Shown: positions 33,794-44,256 of the stretch, piece after piece | How positions within the stretch are numbered: position 1 is the first letter of the stretch | How the letters are laid out: each line of letters opens with the position of its first letter | DNA from: Histomonas meleagridis 2922-C6/04-290x | Lineage: Eukaryota > Protista > Parabasalia | NCBI GenBank assembly: GCA_020184695.1 | Contig: JAANOX010000088.1 | Coordinates: 1-64,000, forward strand | Reading direction: 5' to 3' | DNA length: 64,000 nt | Made by a program: the position numbers and the translations under genes | The notes under the pieces: model-generated | The model's input: only the letters and a program-made list of their open reading frames with translations | Databases searched by the model: none | Told to the model about the DNA's origin: nothing

Positions 33794-34457
33794 AAACCAA
33801 ACTTAAATTTTTTTTATAAATACATTTGTTTCACAATCAATCAAAATTATTCGAGTTCACATCAATTAATTTATCCATTCATATCATTTTATTTCCATTG
33901 TATTGGTCAAATATTTAATTTGAATCAAGAATTTATAGAGTCATTAAATGGATGTGTATTGATAATTAAATATTTGATTTAACATTTTGATATACATTTA
34001 TCATTTATATTAATTTCTCCACAAACTAATCCATCCAATAAGATGGTTTTAATTCAAAAAAGAATTGATATCATTTTTTGATTTACAATTACTTTTGTAA
34101 AATACTATAAGAGGCTGTATAATTTTTTTTAAATTATACAGAAAAAATTTAAATTTAATAAGAAGAAATTAATGAATACAATTCATGAAGAACTCCACCA
34201 AAAAATTGATTTGGTAAAATAGATATTTTTATGATTATAAAAAATAATGAACTAAAAAAGCATAAACATTTTTAAAAAACTTAATCTTTCACTTATCAGA
34301 AATCCTTCTTATAATAAACCGGTGCTTCATTTGCAATTACTGGATTTGTTACAGTTTTTCCGTTGAACTTTGCATTCAATTGAATAAACCACAGAAACAA
34401 ACACAATTTTTTCGATGTAATACGATCGTTTTCTCAAAACATTAATTTGTAATTTTT

Positions 34458-35642
34458 ATGGAACCAGAAGTGCAAAAACTCTTCGAAACAACAACTAAAG
34501 TATATCAAGAAACCCTCAATTCAATGAAGTCAATTGATAATTGTTTAAATTCTTTTTCATATTCAATTCAAGAATATCAAACGAATGAAGATTTTTCTCC
34601 TCCAGGATTTCCAGGAACTTTGTCTGATTCATTAGCAAAGCTTAATCAGGCTATGTTTTCATTCCAAGAAATTTTTCATGGATTTTCACGAATATTTCAA
34701 AATCAAGATATCACTTCGTTTGGTGAAATTTGCGAAAGCAGAGAATACCAAAAATCTGTTCTTGATAATACATTAAATCAGCACCTCGAAAAGAGACATG
34801 AATTAATTAACTCAGTAACAAAAGCCAAAAAAGAGTTGAATGACGCCAAAAAATCAATAATAGCATTATCTAAGAAAAGCAAACATGAAAATGAAAATTT
34901 ATGTCAACAATGGAACAATTTTAGACTTAAATCTTATCAATACATATCAGAACGCGAAAAACTCATTTTTCATAACAATTCACTAAACGAAATTCTCAGC
35001 ACATATCCTGGTATTGTTTCAATACTGGAAAAGAACACAGAATCGCAATTTTTACAAAAATTTCTTCCAAAAATTCCATCACATCTCGAACTTCTTGCGC
35101 AAAACATTGAGCAAGCTCGGAATGAGCTGAATGCTTCTAGCTCTGCGCTTAATTTCCCGTCCGACTTTCTTTCTTTTGTTGAAAAAAATGATTTTAAATT
35201 TGTTGACATCCCACCACCACCGTTTGAAAGATATAAGTTTTCATCACGATTCTCTGCTCCAGAGAAAGAAGTTATTCCAAGGTTTATTCTTTCGTTTTAT
35301 CCATTGTTTATTGGAAAAATTCTTCATAATTTTGAATCAACATGCCCTGACGAGCTAAATGTCAGTAAAGATCAAAGAGTTTATGTCCTTGAGAACTCAC
35401 ACGGCGGATGGGTTCTTGTAATGCAGATGAGTTATGCAATTCCTGGGTACGTTCCATCTGATTTTGTTGAAACGGTTGGTATCGGCGTGGCGGTTCTTCA
35501 GAAAGATGTTCCTTCACAAAATTTCTACGGTTGCTCAGGAACTATCGTATCGGTTATATCTATCGGCGAAAATTCTGTCGAATGCGAAGATATCGATGGG
35601 AACAGAACAAACATAGAAAAATGTGATTTAATTTTGTTGTGA
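34458..35642 (+). CDS. SH3-domain protein with helical (BAR-like) N-terminus
   Basis: C-terminal ILHNFESTCPDELNVSKDQRVYVLENSHGGWVLV...GYVPSDFV is an SH3 signature; the N-terminus is long and helical/coiled-coil. Confidence 0.8.
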   Translation: MEPEVQKLFETTTKVYQETLNSMKSIDNCLNSFSYSIQEYQTNEDFSPPGFPGTLSDSLAKLNQAMFSFQEIFHGFSRIFQNQDITSFGEICESREYQKSVLDNTLNQHLEKRHELINSVTKAKKELNDAKKSIIALSKKSKHENENLCQQWNNFRLKSYQYISEREKLIFHNNSLNEILSTYPGIVSILEKNTESQFLQKFLPKIPSHLELLAQNIEQARNELNASSSALNFPSDFLSFVEKNDFKFVDIPPPPFERYKFSSRFSAPEKEVIPRFILSFYPLFIGKILHNFESTCPDELNVSKDQRVYVLENSHGGWVLVMQMSYAIPGYVPSDFVETVGIGVAVLQKDVPSQNFYGCSGTIVSVISIGENSVECEDIDGNRTNIEKCDLILL

Positions 35643-35697
35643 TAATAAAAAATAATCGGCTGTTTAATTATATATTAAATCGTGAAGTATTTCGAGA

Positions 35698-36573
35698 TTA
35701 TTTTCTTTGAAGAGGAATTGCACCAACTGAAGTTAACGCGGCTTCTTCAATCAACGTCCGCATTTCTTCGTAGTTTACATTTGGATTAAATTGCATTGTG
35801 ATTCCAACATATAAATTTTTGCACCATTTTTGCCACTTTTCGGTTTGTGCAGAATGTTTAACGGTCGTTTCTGTAGTGTTTTTTGAGGTGTGTTTACATT
35901 CTTTAAAATTAGAAGTAGCAAACCTCCTAAGGATAGAGCTAATTGTGATTTCTTGTAAAACCATTGTCTTTAATTCATCATAATTAAGATGATCATTGTT
36001 AAGTAAATCAGATATTTTCTGGTTTCTGTTGTTAATGTCTTTCTTTAGATCAAGGATATCATTGATACTTATAGAATTGTTGATGTTAATTTTCTTTAGT
36101 TGTTTATTCGAGATTTCTTTGATGAATTGGGAAGTACGTAAAGCTTGTTCTAACAAAAGCCTTCGCGAGGTTTCTTGAAGAAAGACTTCGCCAGATTTAT
36201 TTGATATGAGAAACATTGATTGTAATGTTGGTGATGAAGCAAGTCGAGTTAAAAAATCTACGTGACCTTTTAGCTGTGAGCACAAGCGTGAAATAATGAT
36301 TTCTTTCTCTTTTGTCATATAATCAAATAAATTATTAATTGATGTACTTAAATCAGGTTCGAAAGATATATTTTCAAGTGAGCTCATGTTGTTTTCATCA
36401 TTAAAATATTCATTTTCATTCAAGTTCTGAATTATTGTATCTATTGTATCTTTTGCTTCTTTTTGTTGTTGTAATAACTTTTTATTTTGAGCCTCGAGGT
36501 GACGTATATATTTGTCCTTTTCTACAATTTGAGTTTTGAGTTTTCTAATTTCTTTAATTGTTTTTTCTTCCAT
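35698..36573 (-). CDS. Hypothetical coiled-coil protein
   Basis: 291-aa ATG ORF with an N-terminal coiled coil (IRKLKTQIVEKDKYIRHLEAQNKKL). Confidence 0.72.
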   Translation of the reverse strand: MEEKTIKEIRKLKTQIVEKDKYIRHLEAQNKKLLQQQKEAKDTIDTIIQNLNENEYFNDENNMSSLENISFEPDLSTSINNLFDYMTKEKEIIISRLCSQLKGHVDFLTRLASSPTLQSMFLISNKSGEVFLQETSRRLLLEQALRTSQFIKEISNKQLKKININNSISINDILDLKKDINNRNQKISDLLNNDHLNYDELKTMVLQEITISSILRRFATSNFKECKHTSKNTTETTVKHSAQTEKWQKWCKNLYVGITMQFNPNVNYEEMRTLIEEAALTSVGAIPLQRK

Positions 36574-36670
36574 TTTGGAATAAATATAAACGGAAATAAA
36601 TGGAGCACCCTAACTCAAAAGTACGTTTATTTAAATTTACAGAATATTCGCAAACATCCATTTTTATACT

Positions 36671-37708
36671 TTAAGTACACGTCCAGTACCCTGACAAAAG
36701 AGACTTTAACTCGGGTTTCTTTTCTAGTGAGAATGTAATGAACACAAAATACCAAATAACTGTTACAACTATATACAGTTTCTTTGGCAGTATGAGCCAG
36801 CCTATGAAAAACGTCGAAGAAATTCCTAAAATACTAATAGTTTTTCTCGGCGATCTCCATTGTAACCAATCAGATACAAACCTTTGAGTTTTGACAAACC
36901 CTTCAGTTGATTTTGGTATTTCAGTATCTACCTGTTTCTTTAGTTTCTTTCTATTCATTAGTCTCCAAGCATTAGATAATATGAAAAGTGCTGTACACAT
37001 TGACAGAAAAGGAATAAAAGGAATGTATTGGAGACAGAAAGAAACAAGAGATAGAACAAAAAGAAAAGAAAGTTTTGTATGAATGTTAAATTTCAAAGAT
37101 ATAACATATTCAAAAAATTGTTTCATGGGCGCTAAAACATTAACAATGGGATTCTCTTCTTCTTTTGATTCAGGTGCAGCATGAGGTGCTTCTTCAGAAT
37201 GCTTTACTTCCTCAAGTTCAATATCAAGAGATGAAAATGGTGTTTCATCAAATGTTTTTTTTGAAAGAAGTTCTCCTATAACAGACTTTAGTTTGCTTTC
37301 ATCCATTCTTACCGCTTCTGCTAATTGTCTCAGTAATTTAAAACATTGAAATAATGTTTGTTGTGTTGGAAACTGAAAGTTTGCACTTGCACCATTGCCA
37401 TCAATAACTGAAATTGTAGATGTTGACCTAACACCACTAAGACCTCGAAGAGCCTCATATGAACATTGAACAATTTGAGGATGAGGAATTGTATTTTTTG
37501 GAAGATAAACAAACCTGTTTGTAGTCAAATAAAAAACGCCTTTTGTTGTTGTTCCTGTTTCTGATTCACGAATCAAAAGTTGAACTTCTGGGAATGAAGC
37601 AATAGCCGCTTCTGTTGATAGGTCGCCACCAAAAACCAGCGTTGCAATGCGCAAAGGTTCAAATTCTGGATGATTCCATCTTTCGTCAATTCTGTTACGC
37701 TGGTTCAT
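36671..37708 (-). CDS. GRAM-domain protein with C-terminal membrane hairpins
   Basis: GVFYLTTNRFVYLP is a GRAM/PH-like strand motif; two hydrophobic blocks and a WLQWRSP segment follow. Likely start MNQRN at 37708; the upstream ORF extension overlaps the antisense gene. Confidence 0.65.
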   Translation of the reverse strand: MNQRNRIDERWNHPEFEPLRIATLVFGGDLSTEAAIASFPEVQLLIRESETGTTTKGVFYLTTNRFVYLPKNTIPHPQIVQCSYEALRGLSGVRSTSTISVIDGNGASANFQFPTQQTLFQCFKLLRQLAEAVRMDESKLKSVIGELLSKKTFDETPFSSLDIELEEVKHSEEAPHAAPESKEEENPIVNVLAPMKQFFEYVISLKFNIHTKLSFLFVLSLVSFCLQYIPFIPFLSMCTALFILSNAWRLMNRKKLKKQVDTEIPKSTEGFVKTQRFVSDWLQWRSPRKTISILGISSTFFIGWLILPKKLYIVVTVIWYFVFITFSLEKKPELKSLLSGYWTCT

Positions 37709-37838
37709 ATTCTTACTTTTTGTAATGTACTCAAAAAGTTGTACAATAACGGACATCATTATCCTCTTATTCAAAATTGAAAGTTCATAGCGGTTTGGCG
37801 CTAAACGAACCAAAAATTTATTCCCAGATTTAGCTAAA

Positions 37839-39383
37839 ATGGAGCGAGAAATGCTAATGTGTACCGAAATCCGAGAAACTCTCCTACCACTGCAGGAATC
37901 ATTGATGAAGTTAGGAGAAGTAGATCCATCATTATCAGAAAATGTGAAAGAATTTTCATTAAAAACAATTGAACTCGTGGAAAAAAACATTTTACCATCA
38001 ATCACACTGCATATGAAATATGAAGCTATAAGAAATTTTATAACAGCTATTTCAAAAATAATTTATCAAATTAAAAAAAAGTATGAAAACGAGCTTGATT
38101 ATACAAAATATGATTTTCTGAAAAAGGAAGATGATGGAAGGTTTACCCTTGTTAAAAAACTTCGGAACTTACATAATGAATCTCTTAACAAAGAAAATGA
38201 TGATATCCTTAACAAAATCACAAAAGACCTATATAAACTTTCAGACAAGTCAGTTTCTTATGTTGGCCTTATTCTGAATTTACGAACGGATCTTCTTCAT
38301 TTATCAAATAATTTTATTGTTTCATATCCAGATGACACATCACTTGAAATTATTAAAGAGTATGAGAAATCTTTTCGGAAAGCCGATTTTATTATTTCAG
38401 CTAATGAGCTAGAAAAAATCGCCAAAAATTATGAAATTGAATTTGAAGGAATCACACTCCCAAAGGAAAAAGACACTCCTCGCTCACCACCTCCATCTCC
38501 AAAGCCATCACCAATAAGTGGCATTCCTCGAGGTATTCCACCAATGGCTCAATTTGGTGGTAACCCTTTATTTGGTGGTCCTAGAACGAGTAATCCTCTT
38601 TCAGCACCAATACAACCATTTAGTCTTCGTCCTACTAATGCAGCACCACAAACACATCAAACACGAGTCGAACCTCCAAAACCGTCGAACGACGATACGG
38701 AACTTAAGAAAATCAAAGAAGAGATGAAATCACAATTTGAACAATATGTGAAAGAAATTAAAAAGATGCAAAATGAAATAAATGAGTTAAAGCAAGAGAA
38801 AGCAAACACAAAAGCACTTTTTGATAGACTTGATCAACAATATCTCGATTTCCAAGTTCAACTTGAAGATCTAAAATTAGTACAACAAAACATTACATTT
38901 GAGCTTGAAGAATTCAGGCAGAACACTGAGGAAAAGATACAAGAAAACACAAACGCAAGTAAGAAAATATTACAACAAATCGAATCATTAAAAAATATTT
39001 CAAATCAAAACGAAGAAAACATTCGAAAAATTGAAAGTAAAGTAAATCAAACACAAAATAATGAAACAACAAATAGTTTAAAGGATAATTATGAAGAAAT
39101 CGAAGAACAAAGAAAAATAGTAAAAGAAAATCAACAAAAAATCGATGATTTGTTCCAAAAAATTAATGATTTGAAAAATGATGATTTCAAATTAAGTGAA
39201 GAACAAAATGAACAAATTATTGAACTTTCAAAAAGAGTAAATGAAATGGGACAACAGTGGTCTGATTTGGCAGGAAAAATAGATAAACAATTCGCAATGC
39301 TCTTTAAAAGAATGAACTCTAAGTTAAGAAAAAAATTTGATCCGACAAACCCAAAAAACTCACCAATATCATCACTTGATTAA
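37839..39383 (+). CDS. Hypothetical protein: helical domain, Pro-rich linker, long coiled coil
   Basis: 514-aa ORF; PRSPPPSPKPSP linker; Glu/Gln/Lys-rich heptads in the C-terminal half. Confidence 0.78.
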   Translation: MEREMLMCTEIRETLLPLQESLMKLGEVDPSLSENVKEFSLKTIELVEKNILPSITLHMKYEAIRNFITAISKIIYQIKKKYENELDYTKYDFLKKEDDGRFTLVKKLRNLHNESLNKENDDILNKITKDLYKLSDKSVSYVGLILNLRTDLLHLSNNFIVSYPDDTSLEIIKEYEKSFRKADFIISANELEKIAKNYEIEFEGITLPKEKDTPRSPPPSPKPSPISGIPRGIPPMAQFGGNPLFGGPRTSNPLSAPIQPFSLRPTNAAPQTHQTRVEPPKPSNDDTELKKIKEEMKSQFEQYVKEIKKMQNEINELKQEKANTKALFDRLDQQYLDFQVQLEDLKLVQQNITFELEEFRQNTEEKIQENTNASKKILQQIESLKNISNQNEENIRKIESKVNQTQNNETTNSLKDNYEEIEEQRKIVKENQQKIDDLFQKINDLKNDDFKLSEEQNEQIIELSKRVNEMGQQWSDLAGKIDKQFAMLFKRMNSKLRKKFDPTNPKNSPISSLD

Positions 39384-39524
39384 TAAATTTAAAATGTTTT
39401 AATTTTATTGTGACAACTAAAAAACATGAAAATATCGCAAAAAACGGTTTTTCAATTGCAATAAATTTTTAATTATTTGTTTTAATTAACTAATTTATAC
39501 ATATTAAAAGTTACGTAAATGTCC

Positions 39525-39597
39525 GCTTTGGTAGCTCAATCGGCAGAGCGCAGGTCTCATAATCCTGAGGTCGTGGGTTCGAGCCCCATCCAAAGCA
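39525..39597 (+). tRNA. trnM-CAT: tRNA-Met (CAT), elongator type
   Basis: 73 nt. Acceptor GCTTTGG/CCAAAGC plus discriminator A; D-arm TAGCTCAATCGGCAGAGC; anticodon arm CAGGT-CTCATAA-TCCTG; T-loop GGTTCGAGCC. The G1-C72 pair and absence of GGG/CCC in the anticodon stem argue against the initiator. Confidence 0.97.
39582..39597 (+). repeat. Target-site duplication, left copy (tRNA 3' end)
   Basis: AGCCCCATCCAAAGCA is identical to 44134-44149. Confidence 0.95.
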
Positions 39598-42500
39598 AAA
39601 TGGATCATTTTTTGTTTTTTTTTCCCTGAAAATGCAGCTACGTGCTCGCAGGACAGAAATAGAAGTCCTCAGCCAGGAGGGTTACGAATTTTAAATCCAC
39701 GAGATCGATTATAATCTGATGATTCAGAAGATCTTTTGACTTTACCTACCCCAGTCGACTCTACTCCTTCTCTCGCACATTCTACACCCTTAGGAGCTTC
39801 GATATCTCCAAAACCCAGCCCCGAAGCTTTGGAAGAAGATATCATCTACGCCGCTGATAAGACCGCTTTTGACCATCTCAAAAATTTTCCAAATGTGTAA
39901 CTATTCAAAGGACTTTTTCTTAGAAAACCGGAAATTCCTTACCCTGATCTTTTGAATTCTGAAGATTCCGATGATTCCTCTGAATTTTCTTTTGAGGAGA
40001 CGGATAGCAGCGAGATTCAGCCACAAAACGATCAACCTATAGAATTTACAGATAATTATCTTAGAAATCCAGAAGACGACGACGATGAAAACCCGATTCA
40101 ATTTAATGTTAACATTCAGACAATCGATGAAGTCAATGAACAAGAAGATATCACAAATAAAGTTATTAACAAGCTCATAACAATCACAGATATCAAAAAA
40201 CTTAGAGAATACATTGATACGCTCGACGAATCAGTTTTTGACAACTATTCAGATTTCGATATAAAGGAACATAATTTGATTCAGCTTATGATTCTGAGGT
40301 ACTGGTTTCCACAACCTTATATTTATTGTTGTAAATATCATAACTGCAATTATGGAACCAACCATCACCAACAAATTGATTCACATTTATTCAATACTCA
40401 TCATAAACAATATCAAAAACACAATTGTTTAACATCAGAAATCATTGGATATTTATTAGTAAAAGATACTGAGTAATACGAATATGATCATACAAATAAT
40501 ACTTATAACAAATTAGAACAAATAAAAATTTGTTTAATGAATAACTGTAATTATGTTACAACCAAAACAGGATCAGCATATGACCACTATAAAAAGCAGC
40601 ATAAAACCTACCTCTAATGGCGGAAAGATGCAGGCCCTTTTTGGGGTCTAATTATGAGTTATGTTGAAGAAAATATTACATTACCTACAATTTATGAGTT
40701 ATTATAACCTAGAGATTGTTGTAAATGTACAATGTGTGGAACAATAGTTAGTTCAGTTCAAGCTATGAGACTTCATAATTCCCAAACTCATATCAATTCA
40801 AAACAAACAGTTAGAGGTTCTAGACCAAATAATATTCAAGAAATTCAAATAATCAATGGTTCACTAAAAGAAATTGAAATCGCAAATAGCCAAAATTATA
40901 AAGATTCAGAAGATAGTTATATTGAAAAACAACAAAGTGAATCTTCATCAGATAATGAGCATATAATTATAAATCAGAAGGATACTAAAGACACAACAGA
41001 AACTAGTCAACAAGAATCAGAAACTCAAGAAGTCGAAGAATTGCATGCATTAAACATCGAAACTCAAAACAGGGAAGAATCTAATTCATCAGTAATTGAA
41101 GAAGAAAAACAACTAAATCATAATTCTAAAAACACAGTTAAAATGTTAAACAATAACCAATATCAATTCTATAATGACAAATGTAACAAATGGAGAAATA
41201 AATATCGAAATCAGAACGTTAGTTTCAAAAGATTAAACAAAGCACAACGAAAAACTATTCAGCCGAAAATCAATGAATTATTTAAAAATTTTATTATCGA
41301 AGAAGCTAAATTTTTATCAGACAAAGACAACATTACATGGAATATTATGGATGGATTTTTAATTAAAACAACACATAGAATTCAAAAGCTATTAACAAAT
41401 ACATTTCCCAATCTCAATCAAATAAATATTAAATTCGATGAGAAACAAATCATAAGAAAAGAAAAACTATACTTATATCAAAATAAAATTATTGAAATCG
41501 ACAAAATTATTGATTACATTAATAAAATTATAGATATTATTAATGCACATCAAGAAGATTTAAACAATAACCAAAACGCATTAAATGCTATTGCTAATAT
41601 TAAAGAAGGTTTAATCAAATCATTAAGTAAATTTAGTGAAGATGATTTAAAAAACATATTTAATATTCGATCAGTTGAAGATATAGACAATTTGATTAAT
41701 GAAGACGAAGAACATCGAGAAGAAAGATTTAAATGGATTAGAACAATACTTAGAAATTATATTGATAAATTAAACCCAAATGATATAAAAGGAAGTGAAA
41801 AACTACGTAAATTTTATGATGAAGACCCTAAAAGATGTATCCGATGGAAACTATTAGCCAATACAACACCTTAATGTAATATAACAATCGAACAACTTGA
41901 AAAACATTTTAATAATGAATGGGCTAATAAAAAACATATTATAGAAGATGATACATGGAATTTACCTAAACTTCTATCTAATGAAGACAACAAATTTATT
42001 ATTGATTATATTACAGATGAAAAGAATATCATTAATACAATTAAAATTAAAGACAATTTATCTGCATGTGGTCCAGATGGAATTCCTAATTCTGTTTGGA
42101 AAAGAAATTAAAAAAATACAGCAATTTTATTATCTCTAATTATTAAAAACATTATTAAATTTCAAAAAATACCAGAACAATGGAAACAATTCAAAACTAT
42201 TTTAATATTCAAAAAAGATGACCCATCAATACCAAAGAATTGGAGACCAATAAGTATTTCAGATACAATTTACAGAATATTTACTACATTATTAGCAGAT
42301 AGTATCCAAATAGTGAACAAATCAAAACATATTTTCTCACCACAACAAAAAGGATTCATTAAAGGTTGTAATGGTTGCACTGAACATACAGTCACAGCCA
42401 ATGAATTAATATCTGATGCTTATAGGAAAAATAGGAATATTATTATTACAACTCTAGACTTTGCTAATGCATTCGGTTCAATTCCACATAAATAAATCTT

Positions 42501-44133
42501 TAATAATATGAAACAATAAGGCTTTAACAATAATATAATCGAAATTATTCATTCTATGTATCAAAATATTTCCACAAACATTGTTATCAATGGAATCAAA
42601 TCAAATAATATTAGAATAAGAAGAGTTGTTAGACAAGGATGTCCTCTATCACCCCTTTTATTTAATCTTTGTCTCGAACCTTTAATTAGAAAGATCAATG
42701 AAGAACGAAAAGGAACAGATATTTATATTCAAGAATTAAATGATAATATTAATATGGGAATCCAAGTATATGATGTAATGTTAATTTCAGACGAACGAGA
42801 AAAAATGGAAGAATAGTACACCTAAACATTTCTTTTATTGTAATTGGAAAGATGGAGGACTTGGAATTCCTTCACTTAAAGAAAGATATCTTTATTTACA
42901 AATTAAAACTTATTTATCTTTATTTTACTCGAAAAATGAAACAGTTAAACACTTTATACAACAAATGGCAGGAGACGAAATTAATTTTAGAAGAATAATT
43001 ATCTCAGAAGTTCCTCAAAGATTTAACAATATCACTGAATATGAAAACCAAATAGCACAAGAATCAGAGAAGAAAACTAATAATTTATTTGTTCGAGAGA
43101 TTGATGCATCACGTAAATTAAATATAGGTCACAACTTCAATAATAACTCTCTTTCCATGAAGAATCTTGATAATGATGAAATTATTGAATGTAACTCGAT
43201 CAATAATTTTAATAGATCGTTAATTACGTTACTTCAAAAACGTCATCTTAATAAACTTCAAGAATTTAAACTTCATGGTCACTCTTTTTTTACTCTTGAA
43301 AACTCTAAATACTCTAACTCTTTTTTCGGTACCTATACAAGAAAAACTTCAGATAGTATTCAACGTTTTTGTATCAATGCAAGATGTAATAACTTACCTA
43401 CCAAGGAAATTTTAAGTAAAAAGAATCCAAATACGTCCAAAACTTGTCCATATTGTAGAAATCAAAAAGAGATTGAATCACTGAAACATATTCTAAATCA
43501 TTGTGTTCCTCAATACTCTAAATATACTCGAAGACACAATGATGTTGGTGAAATTATTATTAAATCTATCGAAAAATCAAATAAATCTAAATTTATTTTC
43601 CATAGATCACAAGAAGTTAAAATTAATGACTTTCATTTACCTGATAGATCTAAAAGACTTAAACCAGACATATGGTATTTGGATGACAAAAAAGGTAATC
43701 TTAATATAATCGAAATAACTATACCTTATGGTGAAATCTCGAACATTAACACATTACCAGACGAAGAGATTTCCAACTCATTAAATTATAGTCGTTACAT
43801 TAAAAATAAGAAATATGAAACTTTGATTCAAGATATTACTGACACATATCAAATTAAAGTTAAATACTATATCATTGTTATTTCATCTCTTGGAGCAATA
43901 CCATTCGAAAATTATTCGGATATCTTAAAATTATGAAATAATAATGAAATCATTACTTCAGAAACATGTAAAAGATGCAGTGAATGTACATTAATTCATT
44001 CTATGAAAATTTTCTGGAATGCTATCAACCCACATCCAAGGAATCGTAATGTGAATGACTCGTTCCTGCGGAAAGAAGAGTTGCTAACGAATAGAAGAAA
44101 ACACAGTAACCTCGAAGGATCATTTAAGTAAAA
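39598..44133 (+). mobile_element. Non-LTR retrotransposon with restriction-like endonuclease (RLE; R2/NeSL/R4 superclade), inactive copy, inserted in the tRNA-Met 3' end
   Basis: Frame 1: three C2H2-like fingers, then RT motifs SACGPDGIP, WKQFKTILIFKK, KNWRPISI, QKGF, LDFANAFGSIPH, RQGCPLSPLLFN and a degraded YADD. After an internal deletion (~42815), frame 2: GGLG, CCHC knuckle CPYC...HILNHC, RHN, KPDIW, IIEITIPY, KYETL, ISSLGAIP. Short 3' A-tract and flanking 15-16 bp TSD. Confidence 0.93.
39608..39623 (+). terminator. Pol III T-tract terminator (T6-G-T9) supplied by the element 5' end
   Basis: T runs begin 11 nt after the tRNA discriminator base, inside the TSD-bounded element. Confidence 0.75.
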
Positions 44134-44149
44134 AGCCCCATCCAAAGCA
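44134..44149 (+). repeat. Target-site duplication, right copy
   Basis: AGCCCCATCCAAAGCA is an exact copy of the tRNA-Met last 16 nt; the first A may belong to the element A-tail. Confidence 0.95.
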
Positions 44150-44159
44150 TTTTTTTTTT
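44150..44159 (+). terminator. Displaced original Pol III terminator (T10) of tRNA-Met
   Basis: T10 directly follows the duplicated tRNA 3' end, as expected for the pre-insertion allele. Confidence 0.8.
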
Positions 44160-44256
44160 CGGAATTTGGAGTTAAATTGAATATTTTTTGCCAAATTTTT
44201 TCATTCAAATCCACAAAAAAAGCCAAATTTATCAGGCGATTCAGAAGTTTCAAAAT

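Noticed and set aside
34290-34410. Short minus-strand frame LCLFLWFIQLNAKFNGKTVTNPVIANEAPVYYKKDF* resembling a secreted protein start
   Set aside because: No ATG, only 36 codons and no recognisable family; at most a relic, so not annotated as a gene.
37709-38005. Apparent 167-bp overlap of ORF 36671-38005 with ORF 37839-39383
   Set aside because: The minus-strand extension is antisense shadow; the plausible start MNQRN at 37708 leaves a normal 130-bp divergent promoter.
39601-42816. Host genome using TAA as a sense codon
   Set aside because: Conserved host genes (RPS6, EF-1alpha, UBA3, PP1) end correctly at TAA, so any TAA anomaly is restricted to the element.
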